From: Candidatus Heimdallarchaeota archaeon
Lineage (GTDB): Archaea; Asgardarchaeota; Heimdallarchaeia; Heimdallarchaeales; Heimdallarchaeaceae
Direction of reading: 5' to 3'
Length of the DNA stretch: 64,000 bases
Assembly: GCA_030603365.1 (NCBI GenBank)
Contig: JAUVXV010000003.1
Coordinates: forward strand, 96,001-160,000
Shown here piece after piece: positions 9,934 to 19,498 of this stretch. The notes below the pieces were generated by a model, which saw nothing but the letters and a program-made list of their open reading frames with translations, was not told where the DNA came from and did no database searches. The position numbers were made by a program, and so were the translations under genes. Each line of letters starts with the position of its first letter. The stretch's first letter is position 1.

Positions 9934-10008
9934 ATGAACAGAAGAATGATCAAGTTAGTTTTTCCAGTATTTCTCTTTTCTCTTACACTTTGCGTTGTCT
10001 CAGTATAG
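9934..10008 (+). other. possible 24-aa hydrophobic small ORF (signal-peptide-like)
   Basis: Manual translation MNRRMIKLVFPVFLFSLTLCVVSV*; too short for the ORF track. Confidence 0.25.
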
Positions 10009-10054
10009 AGAAAATATGCAAAAAGATAATAACATCTTTCTTCACATTTTAGTT

Positions 10055-11497
10055 ATGGCCTACGATGTGATTGTAATAGGTTCAGGTTTGGGTGGATTGG
10101 TGGCAGCCGCGAAACTTGCTAAAGAGGGGAAGAAAGTTCTTGTTGTTGAACAGCATTCCAGTATAGGAGGATATGCAACCTGCTTTACAAAGAAAAATTT
10201 CACTGTCGATGTAGGTTTCCATTCTATGGATGGGCTCTATGTTCAAGATCCCAAAATAAAAGTTTTCGAAGATTTAGATGTTTATATTAATATCGAGTTC
10301 ATTAAAATCCCAACAGGTTATTTCAGATTTACTAATGAGAGAGTTGATTTTACTTTACCTGATACAGTTGATGAAGCTATTACCGAACTTAAACAACAAT
10401 TTCCAGAAGAAGAAAAGGGTATTCGTACTTTCTTTAAAACCATTGAAAACATATCAACATCAAAGTGGAGTAATAAATCAGTAGGAGAAATGTTAGATTC
10501 ATTATTTCGAAATGATGATATTAAATTAGTCTTAACAGGGGCAATGTTATATTATGGTGATGATCCTTATACTACTTCAGCTAAAGCATTCTCAACTGCA
10601 GTTTCAAGGATATTCAAAGGAGGAAATCATTACATAAAGGGAGGTTCGTTGAAACTTACAGATTATTTTGCAAATTTTATTAAAGAACATGGGGGTACTA
10701 TTACTTTAAATAAAAAAGTTACAAAAATTCTTACTGACTCTCTTGGTTTAATTACAGGAGTTGAATATGAGTCAACTTCTAATGATGATACTGTGAAAAC
10801 TCAAGTTGATGCTAACTTTGTTATTCTAAATGCTTCAGTACCTCAAGTAGCAAATGTTTTGTTACCTGAAAATGAGACTACCTCTCTATTAAGAGAAGCA
10901 GTTAAACAAATGAAATTAGGCCATTCTGTTCTGAATGTCTATTTAGGGTTTGATACTCCCCTTGATAAATTAGGTCACAAAGATTATCTTACCGTTGTAA
11001 ACGACCAAAGTGTTTTCAAGCTTAGTGATGTATTTGGGAACAATAATACAGGTTATTCAAAAAGGAATTTTCTCTTTGTAGATTACAGTCAAATTGATAG
11101 TGGGATGGCCCCATATGGGAAAAGTACGGGTGTTATTAGTACAATTGATTATATAGAAAATTGGTCTAAGTTGGATGAAGACAATTATAAGTCAAAGAAA
11201 AAGCAAGTTGAAACAGAATTCATTGAAAGATTAGACAAACTCATTCCAGGTGTTAAAGATCACATAGAGTTCGTTAGTGTTGCAACACCAAAAACAATGA
11301 AAAGATATACACTCAATCCAAAAGGATCAATCATTGGATTTGCTCGAACACCAATCCAAGTGGAAATGTACCCTCTAAAATCACCAATAAAGAACTTGTA
11401 TTTCTCATCTACTTGGTCAATTCCAGATGGAGGGTTTACTTCAATAATAGAAGCTGGATGGAATAGTGCTGTTTCAATATTAAGAAAAAGAAGATAG
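10055..11497 (+). CDS. FAD-dependent oxidoreductase, phytoene dehydrogenase/retinol saturase-like
   Basis: YDVIVIGSGLGGL Rossmann motif, GGY, ATPKT..RYT..P.GSI.G, NLYF...GG. Confidence 0.85.
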   Translation: MAYDVIVIGSGLGGLVAAAKLAKEGKKVLVVEQHSSIGGYATCFTKKNFTVDVGFHSMDGLYVQDPKIKVFEDLDVYINIEFIKIPTGYFRFTNERVDFTLPDTVDEAITELKQQFPEEEKGIRTFFKTIENISTSKWSNKSVGEMLDSLFRNDDIKLVLTGAMLYYGDDPYTTSAKAFSTAVSRIFKGGNHYIKGGSLKLTDYFANFIKEHGGTITLNKKVTKILTDSLGLITGVEYESTSNDDTVKTQVDANFVILNASVPQVANVLLPENETTSLLREAVKQMKLGHSVLNVYLGFDTPLDKLGHKDYLTVVNDQSVFKLSDVFGNNNTGYSKRNFLFVDYSQIDSGMAPYGKSTGVISTIDYIENWSKLDEDNYKSKKKQVETEFIERLDKLIPGVKDHIEFVSVATPKTMKRYTLNPKGSIIGFARTPIQVEMYPLKSPIKNLYFSSTWSIPDGGFTSIIEAGWNSAVSILRKRR

Positions 11498-11516
11498 TTT
11501 GGATCTTAACTCCTTA

Positions 11517-12512
11517 CTATCTGAATTCAAGTTTGTTTATTTTCAGGAATTCTTCATGAACTAAATGACTCAGTGCAAAAAGAAACTGAGGATAACTCTG
11601 ATTAGGATTCATTTCCTTGTAAGTATCAAGTATAGATTTTTCATGATTAGTCAGATAGAATACTATAAGTTCCTTACAGAGAATTTTGATGTTGGGACTC
11701 AGTTCTTGGAAAATAGTGGCTTGCTCAGTATTAAATCTTCGTAGACCTTCAGAAGATGACTTTGGAAAAGCGATTGTGGAATTAACAAGGAGATCTAACT
11801 CGACAAGATTTCTTTCTGTAGGTTCTTCAACGATATTATCATCTATGAATTCAGCAATTAATTTCAAAACCACTTCATCTAGATATACTAGTGATTCAAG
11901 AGTATCTGCTATATGTTGTATCCATTTTCTAGCTTCAGTAAATGGAAAAGATTTTTGTCCTTGTTTTGAAGCTGTTTTTAGTTGATGTTTCCACTCCTTA
12001 TAGATCCGATCTACTATTTTGGCAGAAATAAAAACTTGTATCTCAATAAACCCTAGAGTTGACTTTATTGTAATTCTTTTTCCTTCTTCTTTTTTGTCAA
12101 AAGTATATTTGCTGTTTCGGATTTTGTCAGTTATCTCCAAACCTGTGATATTTATCCTTTCGAAAGTTTTAGTGTCAAAGACCTTTTCTACCATTGCAAT
12201 TTTTTGGGGAGTAGGAATTCCAAGTGATTTAAAAATATCTTGTTCATCTTCTCCTGTTGAAAAATCTCTATCAGTTTCATAACCATAGTGAGTCGATTTA
12301 ATGTGAACCTGAGATCTTACTGTAAGAAAATTATCAATAAAACACTTTATTGCAGAGAGATTGTTCTGAGCACAGTTATGGACATCAACAAATTCTAGAA
12401 TTGTTGAAAGAGTATCAGATTTCAGTAGCTTAGATGGAATGTTTAGATTCCGTTGCTTTTGACATTTATTGCATTGATATTCTACCTTTTTTATTCCATT
12501 CTGACTACTCAC
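11517..12512 (-). CDS. hypothetical protein with N-terminal CxxC...HxC Zn-binding domain and possible C-terminal winged helix
   Basis: CNKC...DVHNC...FIDNFLTVRS; C-terminal SILDTY...ALSHLVHEEFLKI. Confidence 0.65.
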   Translation of the reverse strand: MSSQNGIKKVEYQCNKCQKQRNLNIPSKLLKSDTLSTILEFVDVHNCAQNNLSAIKCFIDNFLTVRSQVHIKSTHYGYETDRDFSTGEDEQDIFKSLGIPTPQKIAMVEKVFDTKTFERINITGLEITDKIRNSKYTFDKKEEGKRITIKSTLGFIEIQVFISAKIVDRIYKEWKHQLKTASKQGQKSFPFTEARKWIQHIADTLESLVYLDEVVLKLIAEFIDDNIVEEPTERNLVELDLLVNSTIAFPKSSSEGLRRFNTEQATIFQELSPNIKILCKELIVFYLTNHEKSILDTYKEMNPNQSYPQFLFALSHLVHEEFLKINKLEFR

Positions 12513-12670
12513 CTGATACCCCCTAGATGTATATGAACTAATTTGCTTATTTTCTTATATATTCTTTTAGATAATTCTAACGAAATTTTACAGCAGATTT
12601 TTTCTTATTTTTTTCATCCGATACTTTAAAAACAACCTTATTTTATTGGGGGTAACAAGGTGTAATTAAT

Positions 12671-13795
12671 TTGACTAAAGCTGTTGAAAAATCAATGGAA
12701 CCCTATGAAAAATTAACTAAGACACTCAACACCATACCTAATGGTTTTCCAACTATAGAGGATGGTACTCACCTTCGTCTTCTAGAATGGATCTATGAAC
12801 CTGAAGAAGCAGAATTAGCTAGTAAACTAAAACTTTCTGCTGAAACAGTCAAGAAAATGTCCAGACGTTTGAAGATTCCTGAAGATGAACTTACTAAAAA
12901 GTTAGAGATTATGGAATCAAAAGGACAGTTGCGTATAACCAGGTCACGAGGTCGATTCCCTAGAAGAAAATCAAAAGGTCAAATTAAATATGGTCTATTA
13001 CCTTTTGTTGTAGGAGTTTATGAAGAGCAAATTCACAGAATGGATGCTGAATTTGCTTCCTTGTTTGAAGAATATGTTCAGAAAACTAAAGGAGCAATTA
13101 TTTTTTCGACTAAACCAGCAATTCAGAGAGTTGTTCCGGTTAAAAGCGTAATTAAGACAGAACTTGAAATCCATCCCTATAATCAGGTAGAACAAATGAT
13201 ACTTAATGCTAAAAGCTGGGGTATAAGAGATTGTATTTGTAAAAAACAACAGGAGCTTATTGGTGATCCCTGCAAATACGATGATAGGGTTTGTTTAGTA
13301 TTCTCAGGTAGAGAAAATAAATATGAAGAAAGTCATCAAACCACAACAATAACCATGGAAGAATCACTTCAAATTCTTAAGGAAACTGAAGAAGCTGGAC
13401 TAGTCCATACTTCTATGAATATTGAAGATGGTCATAGTTACATCTGTAACTGTTGTACCTGCTGCTGTGGTGTTCTCAGAGGTTTTGTGGAATGGGGTCA
13501 ACCACAAGCATTCGTTAAATCTGATTATGTTATCGATATAGATGAAGAAACATGTATTGGCTGTGGAAAATGTATTGATAGGTGTCAGTTCAATGCACTT
13601 TCGATAGTTGATAAAAAATGTGTTTCTAATGATAATTGTGTAGGTTGTGGAGTATGTGCCTTAGTTTGTCCTACAGATGCCTTAAGCTTAATTGATAGAA
13701 ACCCCAAAGAAACAAAGAAACCTCCAAAGAATATTTTAATGTGGATGCTTAAACGCGCATTCTCCAGAAAGGTTAATCTCCTCAAAATCATCTAA
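12671..13795 (+). CDS. 4Fe-4S dicluster ferredoxin-domain protein with N-terminal HTH-like region
   Basis: CICK..C..C and CNCCTCCCG motifs; two CxxCxxCxxxC motifs; AGGTG SD upstream of the TTG. Confidence 0.85.
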   Translation: MTKAVEKSMEPYEKLTKTLNTIPNGFPTIEDGTHLRLLEWIYEPEEAELASKLKLSAETVKKMSRRLKIPEDELTKKLEIMESKGQLRITRSRGRFPRRKSKGQIKYGLLPFVVGVYEEQIHRMDAEFASLFEEYVQKTKGAIIFSTKPAIQRVVPVKSVIKTELEIHPYNQVEQMILNAKSWGIRDCICKKQQELIGDPCKYDDRVCLVFSGRENKYEESHQTTTITMEESLQILKETEEAGLVHTSMNIEDGHSYICNCCTCCCGVLRGFVEWGQPQAFVKSDYVIDIDEETCIGCGKCIDRCQFNALSIVDKKCVSNDNCVGCGVCALVCPTDALSLIDRNPKETKKPPKNILMWMLKRAFSRKVNLLKII

Positions 13796-13858
13796 TAGAA
13801 TATGATTCTTCATTAAGTACTAAATGCTTAAAAATCTTCAAAAGAATTAGTCTATAGT

Positions 13859-14476
13859 ATGGTGTTGGTTTCAGATCTCTCCAACTATTTTTTTATTACA
13901 TATCTATGTGTCTATGTTATATTTCATGTTCCATTTGATATTTACATGCTGATAAGAAAAGGAAAAGCATCCTACCCAACACCTAAATTCAGATCCACAT
14001 TAGAAGGATTATCAGTAGTTTTATCCTCCTTTATATTTTGGTTCTATATGATTTTAAGTCCAATTATTGTCTTTTCATCAGGCAAGAATATTTTTGTTCT
14101 TGAAGATATCCCAGAAGAAATAAAACTTCCTATAACTATAGTTGGAATTGTCATAATGTCTATAGGGTTGATTGTAGGCTGTTTAGGTAGGATTGGTAGA
14201 GGAGTGTATCTAGCAAGAAATGAAGCAAAGCTTGCTACAAATTGGGGGCATGCACTAGTTAGGCATCCATCATACTTTCTTTACATAACTGGTTTTATTG
14301 GTATCCCGTTTGTTGCTATCTCACCTTATTTGTTTATTCTTTTATTGGGGATTCCTGGTTATATGATAACTTCAAGACTAGAAGAGGGTGTTTTAATTGA
14401 GACTTTTGGAGATGAATACAAAGATTATCAAGAAAAAGTTGGGAGATTTGTTTTCAAAATCAGAAAGAAAAAGTAG
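13859..14476 (+). CDS. isoprenylcysteine carboxyl methyltransferase (ICMT/Ste14/PEMT)-family membrane protein
   Basis: Multi-TM; VRHPSY; EE..L...FG.EY..Y...V motif. Confidence 0.8.
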   Translation: MVLVSDLSNYFFITYLCVYVIFHVPFDIYMLIRKGKASYPTPKFRSTLEGLSVVLSSFIFWFYMILSPIIVFSSGKNIFVLEDIPEEIKLPITIVGIVIMSIGLIVGCLGRIGRGVYLARNEAKLATNWGHALVRHPSYFLYITGFIGIPFVAISPYLFILLLGIPGYMITSRLEEGVLIETFGDEYKDYQEKVGRFVFKIRKKK

Positions 14477-14478
14477 GC

Positions 14479-15837
14479 TCATTTGAAAGGCCATTTTTCT
14501 AACAATCTCAGATTATCTTCCAATTTCGCGTCTTGAAGTATTTTGATTATTTCTGCTTCTTTCAATCTCTTAGGCATCTCCTTCATTTTACTGAAAGCAT
14601 CTATAAAAACAAAAGCAAAAGCAGTTGAAATCTTTGCATCAAGTCTTGATATTTTATCAAATGTGTCAGCTGATGTGTGACCATATCCTCTCCCTACTCT
14701 TGGATCAGGTTTTTCTCCAAAAATACATACGTTAGGAATCCCCTTTAAGAAATATGGATAATTATCACTAGCTGAAATAATGTTATTGGTAATTTTTGGA
14801 TCATAGAGAAGCTCATTCTTTAGTTCTTTTACTTTCACTAATAACTCTTCTATGCCACTGCAAGTAATATGTTTTGGAATATGCCCGATTAAACCGTCAA
14901 GGTTTATCATACCAACAATATCTGCGACATCAGAATCATTAACGTATATTGTAGACCCTACTACTCCAAATTCCTCAACACCAAATGCAACAAATCTCAG
15001 CGTTCTTTCAGGTATATAGTTTACTTCTTTCATCAATCTGGAAATCTCTAAAATCGCAGCGATTGATGCGGCATTATCTGTAGCTCCTTGAGCAATATCA
15101 TGACCATCATAATGACCTCCAATCACAATAACTTCATCCTTATTTTTGCCTGGAATTTCCCAAATGATATGTTTTGATGTTAATTTTGGAATTTCGTTTG
15201 AAACGAATATTTTGCATGTTAGAACATCTTCTTTTCGTAAAATTTCTTTGATGTGCTCATAAGATTCTTTAGATATCCCTATTGCAGGAATTTCTCCTAT
15301 TCTGTTTGATCTTACAGAACCTGTCGGAAATAGTTGTCCCGGATTATGATTTGCAAAAACAAATACTTTTGCACCGTACTCATAAGCATTAGCATATTTT
15401 ATCCTTCGATGTAACCAGCCTTCCTCTGTATCTCCTGAATGAATCATTACAGCTTTTCCTGGAGTAGAATTCTTAATCCGTTTTAGTTCTGTTTCTGATC
15501 CACCAAACCCATCAATAATGTTTGTTTCTATAGTTTCACCATTTGTTGAAGGAGCTAAAACTAGTGATATTGCTGGAAAAGAGTATTCTTTCGTTTTACT
15601 TACAATGCTAAATTTACATTCTCCTCTTATCCAACCTTGATATTCAAAATCATAATTAATAACAGGAATTCCAATATCCTTGAGATACTTGTTCATATAT
15701 TCCTGAGCAATTTTTTCACTTTCTGTTCCTGAAAATCTACTCCCCATTAAGCAAAGATCTTTTATTGTTTCAAAAATCGAATCTTTGGAAAAAATCTTTC
15801 CTAATATTCTTTCCTTAAGATCCACTTCTTCATTCAT
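14479..15837 (-). CDS. M28 family aminopeptidase with PA domain
   Basis: GGHYD, GATDNA, EEFG..GS, NLD, SDNYPY, HTSADT. Confidence 0.9.
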   Translation of the reverse strand: MNEEVDLKERILGKIFSKDSIFETIKDLCLMGSRFSGTESEKIAQEYMNKYLKDIGIPVINYDFEYQGWIRGECKFSIVSKTKEYSFPAISLVLAPSTNGETIETNIIDGFGGSETELKRIKNSTPGKAVMIHSGDTEEGWLHRRIKYANAYEYGAKVFVFANHNPGQLFPTGSVRSNRIGEIPAIGISKESYEHIKEILRKEDVLTCKIFVSNEIPKLTSKHIIWEIPGKNKDEVIVIGGHYDGHDIAQGATDNAASIAAILEISRLMKEVNYIPERTLRFVAFGVEEFGVVGSTIYVNDSDVADIVGMINLDGLIGHIPKHITCSGIEELLVKVKELKNELLYDPKITNNIISASDNYPYFLKGIPNVCIFGEKPDPRVGRGYGHTSADTFDKISRLDAKISTAFAFVFIDAFSKMKEMPKRLKEAEIIKILQDAKLEDNLRLLEKWPFK

Positions 15838-15868
15838 GTCTAAATATTTGGATTATGGACTTTTAAAA

Positions 15869-16132
15869 CTAACTCCCCAACGTTAGAAAGAAATCTAGTT
15901 GTTCTCTGATAAATGCTTCATCAGCACTACCAATAATGCGTTGATTGTTAGGAAGAACTATTGTAGGTATTGCAACTATCTGATACTCTTCTGCTTTTGC
16001 TATATCCTTGGAAACATCAATTATTTCAAGCTCTAGATGATCTGAATCTGCAATAATGTGTCTTAAAACACCTTCCAAATAAGGACACCAACTACAGGAT
16101 GGACTCTTGAATAGTATTATTTTAAGACTCAT
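15869..16132 (-). CDS. thioredoxin-fold protein with CxxC, KaiB-like
   Basis: CSWC; ELEIIDV....KAEEYQIVAIPTIV...RIIG; 8 bp downstream of the KaiC-like gene. Confidence 0.8.
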   Translation of the reverse strand: MSLKIILFKSPSCSWCPYLEGVLRHIIADSDHLELEIIDVSKDIAKAEEYQIVAIPTIVLPNNQRIIGSADEAFIREQLDFFLTLGS

Positions 16133-16140
16133 TATAACAC

Positions 16141-17547
16141 CTAATCGACAATTTCTATTAATGGTATTTTCTCCTTATATTTCACTACTTTGGGTAGGAA
16201 GGTCGCTCCTGTTGAACTTTTTATACACTCAATATATGTTGTATAATCTTCTCTAGAAAATCTGATTATAATATCTGCAGTTGTTCGCAATCTTGCTAAC
16301 ATTTCTCTACTAATAGCATTGAAGTTTATGAATGAATGAGCTACAGCTCTCTTCTCCTTAATATTGAAGGATTGGAGTGCGAAATAACGCAAGAATTCAG
16401 ATTCAGAAAGAATATTAGCATCATCTGTAAGATCTCCATAAACGACTACTTTCTGATTCGATTTTTGAAATGCTTCCATCAATTCAACAGTTACAGAAAT
16501 CATATCATCTGTTGTCATTAGTTGACTCATTTCTCTAGCTTCTATTGCAGTTACTGAACGATTATACTTGTCAATGAATACGATATTTCCTTTATTCATA
16601 AAAGGTTCAATGTCACAATCAGCTTTTTTGAAGTCTTCAATAATCCTAGATGAATACATATGTACATTAGAATGAATAATTATTCCCTTGTCCTTTTCAA
16701 GATTGTAACATAAAGTACTCAAAAATAATGGAAAATAATTTGTTTCGCCATCAACTTCTATCAATACAACACTCCCAGAAGGAATACCTCCTCCAAGCAA
16801 ATTATCTAGTTTTTCTATACCTGATGATTCTTCATGTATTATAGATACTGGAGGTTGTTCTGACCTTAGGATGGATATGCCATCTCTATTGATAATGAAC
16901 CTGTTCTCAGAATTAATTGGTTTTGCTGACCTTAGTTTTGGAATTGAGATTCGTTTAATGAGTTGATTGTTTTTTAATTCAGTTCGAATCTTAATTACAC
17001 CATCAACAAGAAACTCCTCTATGGTGGAATATTCCTCGTTCATCCGGGATTCAGCAGTTAGAACTAGCACTGCATCTTCATTAGTGATTTCCCGTATGAA
17101 ATCCATGAAATTGCTTCTAGCAGTTTTTTCATATTTGAACTCAGCAAAGAAAGCTGAAATTGAATCAAAAATTATCATTTTTGCATTGATAGTTTGCATT
17201 CTATTTTTGGTTCGAGCAATAATAGCTGATAAATCAAACCTATCTGTCTGAACTAGATTTGTTCCCATGGGTTTTAGAGACATCTTTTCTAGAAGTAATA
17301 ATCCTTTTTCTACATATGAATCCAGATCCATATTAAATGATTTACCATAAATCATCAATTTCTCAATATCCACTTCTGTTGAGATAAACAAGACCGGAAT
17401 GCCTGCTTTTAGAGCTCCAAGAGTCATAAAGAGTGAGAGAACTGTCTTCCCTGATCCGGCAGTTCCTTTAATTGCATAGCAGAAGCTTGTCCTCAAACCT
17501 CCGTCCATCATTTTATCAAGTTCTTCTATGCCAGTAGAAATAATCAT
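16141..17547 (-). CDS. kaiC: KaiC-like double RecA-domain ATPase (second domain degenerate)
   Basis: STGIEELD..GG, GTAGSGKT, STE, IIFDS, IEEFLVDG, KLR; second repeat SSGIEKLD..GGG with Walker A replaced by DGETNY. Confidence 0.8.
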   Translation of the reverse strand: MIISTGIEELDKMMDGGLRTSFCYAIKGTAGSGKTVLSLFMTLGALKAGIPVLFISTEVDIEKLMIYGKSFNMDLDSYVEKGLLLLEKMSLKPMGTNLVQTDRFDLSAIIARTKNRMQTINAKMIIFDSISAFFAEFKYEKTARSNFMDFIREITNEDAVLVLTAESRMNEEYSTIEEFLVDGVIKIRTELKNNQLIKRISIPKLRSAKPINSENRFIINRDGISILRSEQPPVSIIHEESSGIEKLDNLLGGGIPSGSVVLIEVDGETNYFPLFLSTLCYNLEKDKGIIIHSNVHMYSSRIIEDFKKADCDIEPFMNKGNIVFIDKYNRSVTAIEAREMSQLMTTDDMISVTVELMEAFQKSNQKVVVYGDLTDDANILSESEFLRYFALQSFNIKEKRAVAHSFINFNAISREMLARLRTTADIIIRFSREDYTTYIECIKSSTGATFLPKVVKYKEKIPLIEIVD

Positions 17548-17670
17548 CTTTTTTCAATTATGAAGATATTCAAACTTGTATAAAATTATATCTAAAGTTG
17601 TAGAAGGGTGTTAGTTTGATTTCTAAAAGAACTCAACTTATTTATATTATTAGAAATGTTTCAGCTTATT

Positions 17671-18222
17671 ATGGTTCCTAAATATTCGGCTCAAATGGTT
17701 GGTAGACGAATAATAGTTTGGAGCATCGAACAAGGAATGGAACTATATTCAAGTGGATTTTATGGTAAACCCATAGGTGTAAGAAAACCACAGTTGGGGG
17801 ATGAATTCAGAGATCCTTCTGAAATTTCACCATTTGAAACTATGTATCTTCTTAATCAAAAACTGATTACACTGACAGATGAACAGAATAAAACAATAAC
17901 AAAAAAAATCTTCTTAGAAAAATGTATTCAAAACTTTCTAAGCTTTGAGAGTAAAATGAGAGTTTATAGTCACTTAAGAGACTTAGGGTATATCGTTAGA
18001 CCAGGTTTAAAGTTCGGTGTTGATTTCGCAGTTTATATTAAAGGTCCTGGACTTGAACATAGTCCATATATGGTCCAAATAATTGAAAAAGATGGAAAAA
18101 TAGACCCAATAGAATTAGTCAAAGCAGGCAGATTAGCAACAACTGTACGAAAAAATTTTGTGATTGCTTCTACAATAAAAAACAAATTACATTTCTTCAT
18201 TTTTGGTAGGTTTAAACCATAA
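17671..18222 (+). CDS. endA: tRNA-intron endonuclease, catalytic subunit
   Basis: VRPGLKFGVDFAVY, PGLEHSPY, RLATTVRK (Y/H/K triad). Confidence 0.92.
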   Translation: MVPKYSAQMVGRRIIVWSIEQGMELYSSGFYGKPIGVRKPQLGDEFRDPSEISPFETMYLLNQKLITLTDEQNKTITKKIFLEKCIQNFLSFESKMRVYSHLRDLGYIVRPGLKFGVDFAVYIKGPGLEHSPYMVQIIEKDGKIDPIELVKAGRLATTVRKNFVIASTIKNKLHFFIFGRFKP

Positions 18223-18313
18223 TAACAATATAACTAAAATCCCCAATAGAAAATATTTTTCCTTTTTACTACCATAAAAGATTAAAAGAATTAAAATTAT
18301 CCTTTTAATGTTT

Positions 18314-19498
18314 ATGAGTTCTTCAACAGATTGGCAAGTGGATGTTCTCGAATTTGCTCAGAAATGCATTTATTGTGGTTATTGTTCACTATGTCCAACA
18401 TATAAAGAACTCAAATGGGAGACTTATCATCCTCGTGGAATTCTTGAACAGATAAAGTTATATTTCACAGAAGGAACAAAAGAAGAAGTCAAATTAGACA
18501 CTTCGAAATCACTTTTTGAAGCGATTTTTGCTTGTACAATGTGTAAAATGTGCGAGAATATTTGTCTTGCTGATATTCCTTTGCTGAAAATCTGGGAGCA
18601 AATCCGTCAAGAATCTTTCAAGAAAGGCAGATGGAACCCTTCAATGCTTTCTCTTTATAATAAAGTTAAGGACACCTACAATATCTATGGTTTACCTTCT
18701 GAAGATAGACTTACTTGGGCAAAGATGAGTGGTTTAGTGATGACTAGACGAACCAAGAAGAAAGCCCCATTAGCTTATTTCATTGGATGTCAAGCTGCGT
18801 ATTCTGGAAAGATGGGACAGGTAGCTCCTAGCGTTGTCAAAATCCTAAGAAAAACGAAAACTAATTTCACAATTCTTGGAACTGATGAATGGTGCTGTGG
18901 TTCTCCTGTCTTCTTAGCAGGAGGTTACTCTGTAGGTAAGAGTTTTGCTAAACATAATTTGGATGAATTAAAGAAATTGGGTGTAAAGAGACTTGTTACA
19001 GCTTGTTCAGGTTGCTATCGAACTTTCAAAATAGTTTATCCAAGAGTTCTAGGAGATAGCTGGGATATTGAAGTCCTTCACATTTCTGAATTAGCAAATG
19101 AGTTAATCAAAGCAGGTAAATTGAAACTAAAGCATAAATTCAAAGAAAAAATTACCTTCAAAGATCCTTGTGAGTTGGTTAGACACTGTGAATTAATAGA
19201 AGCACCCAGAGATGTGATAAATAGCATTCCAAATGTTCGATTTGAAGAATTACCTTCCAATCGAAATGAAGCATTATGTTGTGGAGGAGGAGGATTATTG
19301 AAACTCAATGATTCTGAGTTAGTTGGCAAAGTTAATTCCAAATTGATATCAGAGATTGAGTATTCTGAAGCTGATATAGTTGCAAATGGTTGTCCTACTT
19401 GTTTAGATACAATAATGACTGGAGTTAAGAATAAAGGTTTAGATGTCGAAGTTATAGATATTGCAGAACTCATCTTAAGAGCAATGGGGGATAAATAA
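18314..19498 (+). CDS. HdrD/GlcF-like Fe-S oxidoreductase (two 4Fe-4S motifs plus two CCG domains)
   Basis: CIYCGYC..CP, CTMCKMCENIC, WCCG, ACSGC, DPC, LCCGGGG, CPTC. Confidence 0.9.
   Translation: MSSSTDWQVDVLEFAQKCIYCGYCSLCPTYKELKWETYHPRGILEQIKLYFTEGTKEEVKLDTSKSLFEAIFACTMCKMCENICLADIPLLKIWEQIRQESFKKGRWNPSMLSLYNKVKDTYNIYGLPSEDRLTWAKMSGLVMTRRTKKKAPLAYFIGCQAAYSGKMGQVAPSVVKILRKTKTNFTILGTDEWCCGSPVFLAGGYSVGKSFAKHNLDELKKLGVKRLVTACSGCYRTFKIVYPRVLGDSWDIEVLHISELANELIKAGKLKLKHKFKEKITFKDPCELVRHCELIEAPRDVINSIPNVRFEELPSNRNEALCCGGGGLLKLNDSELVGKVNSKLISEIEYSEADIVANGCPTCLDTIMTGVKNKGLDVEVIDIAELILRAMGDK

Noticed and set aside
13859-14476. ICMT acting on prenylated local GTPases
   Set aside because: None of the five GTPases ends in a CaaX/CC motif, and the family is widespread in prokaryotes.
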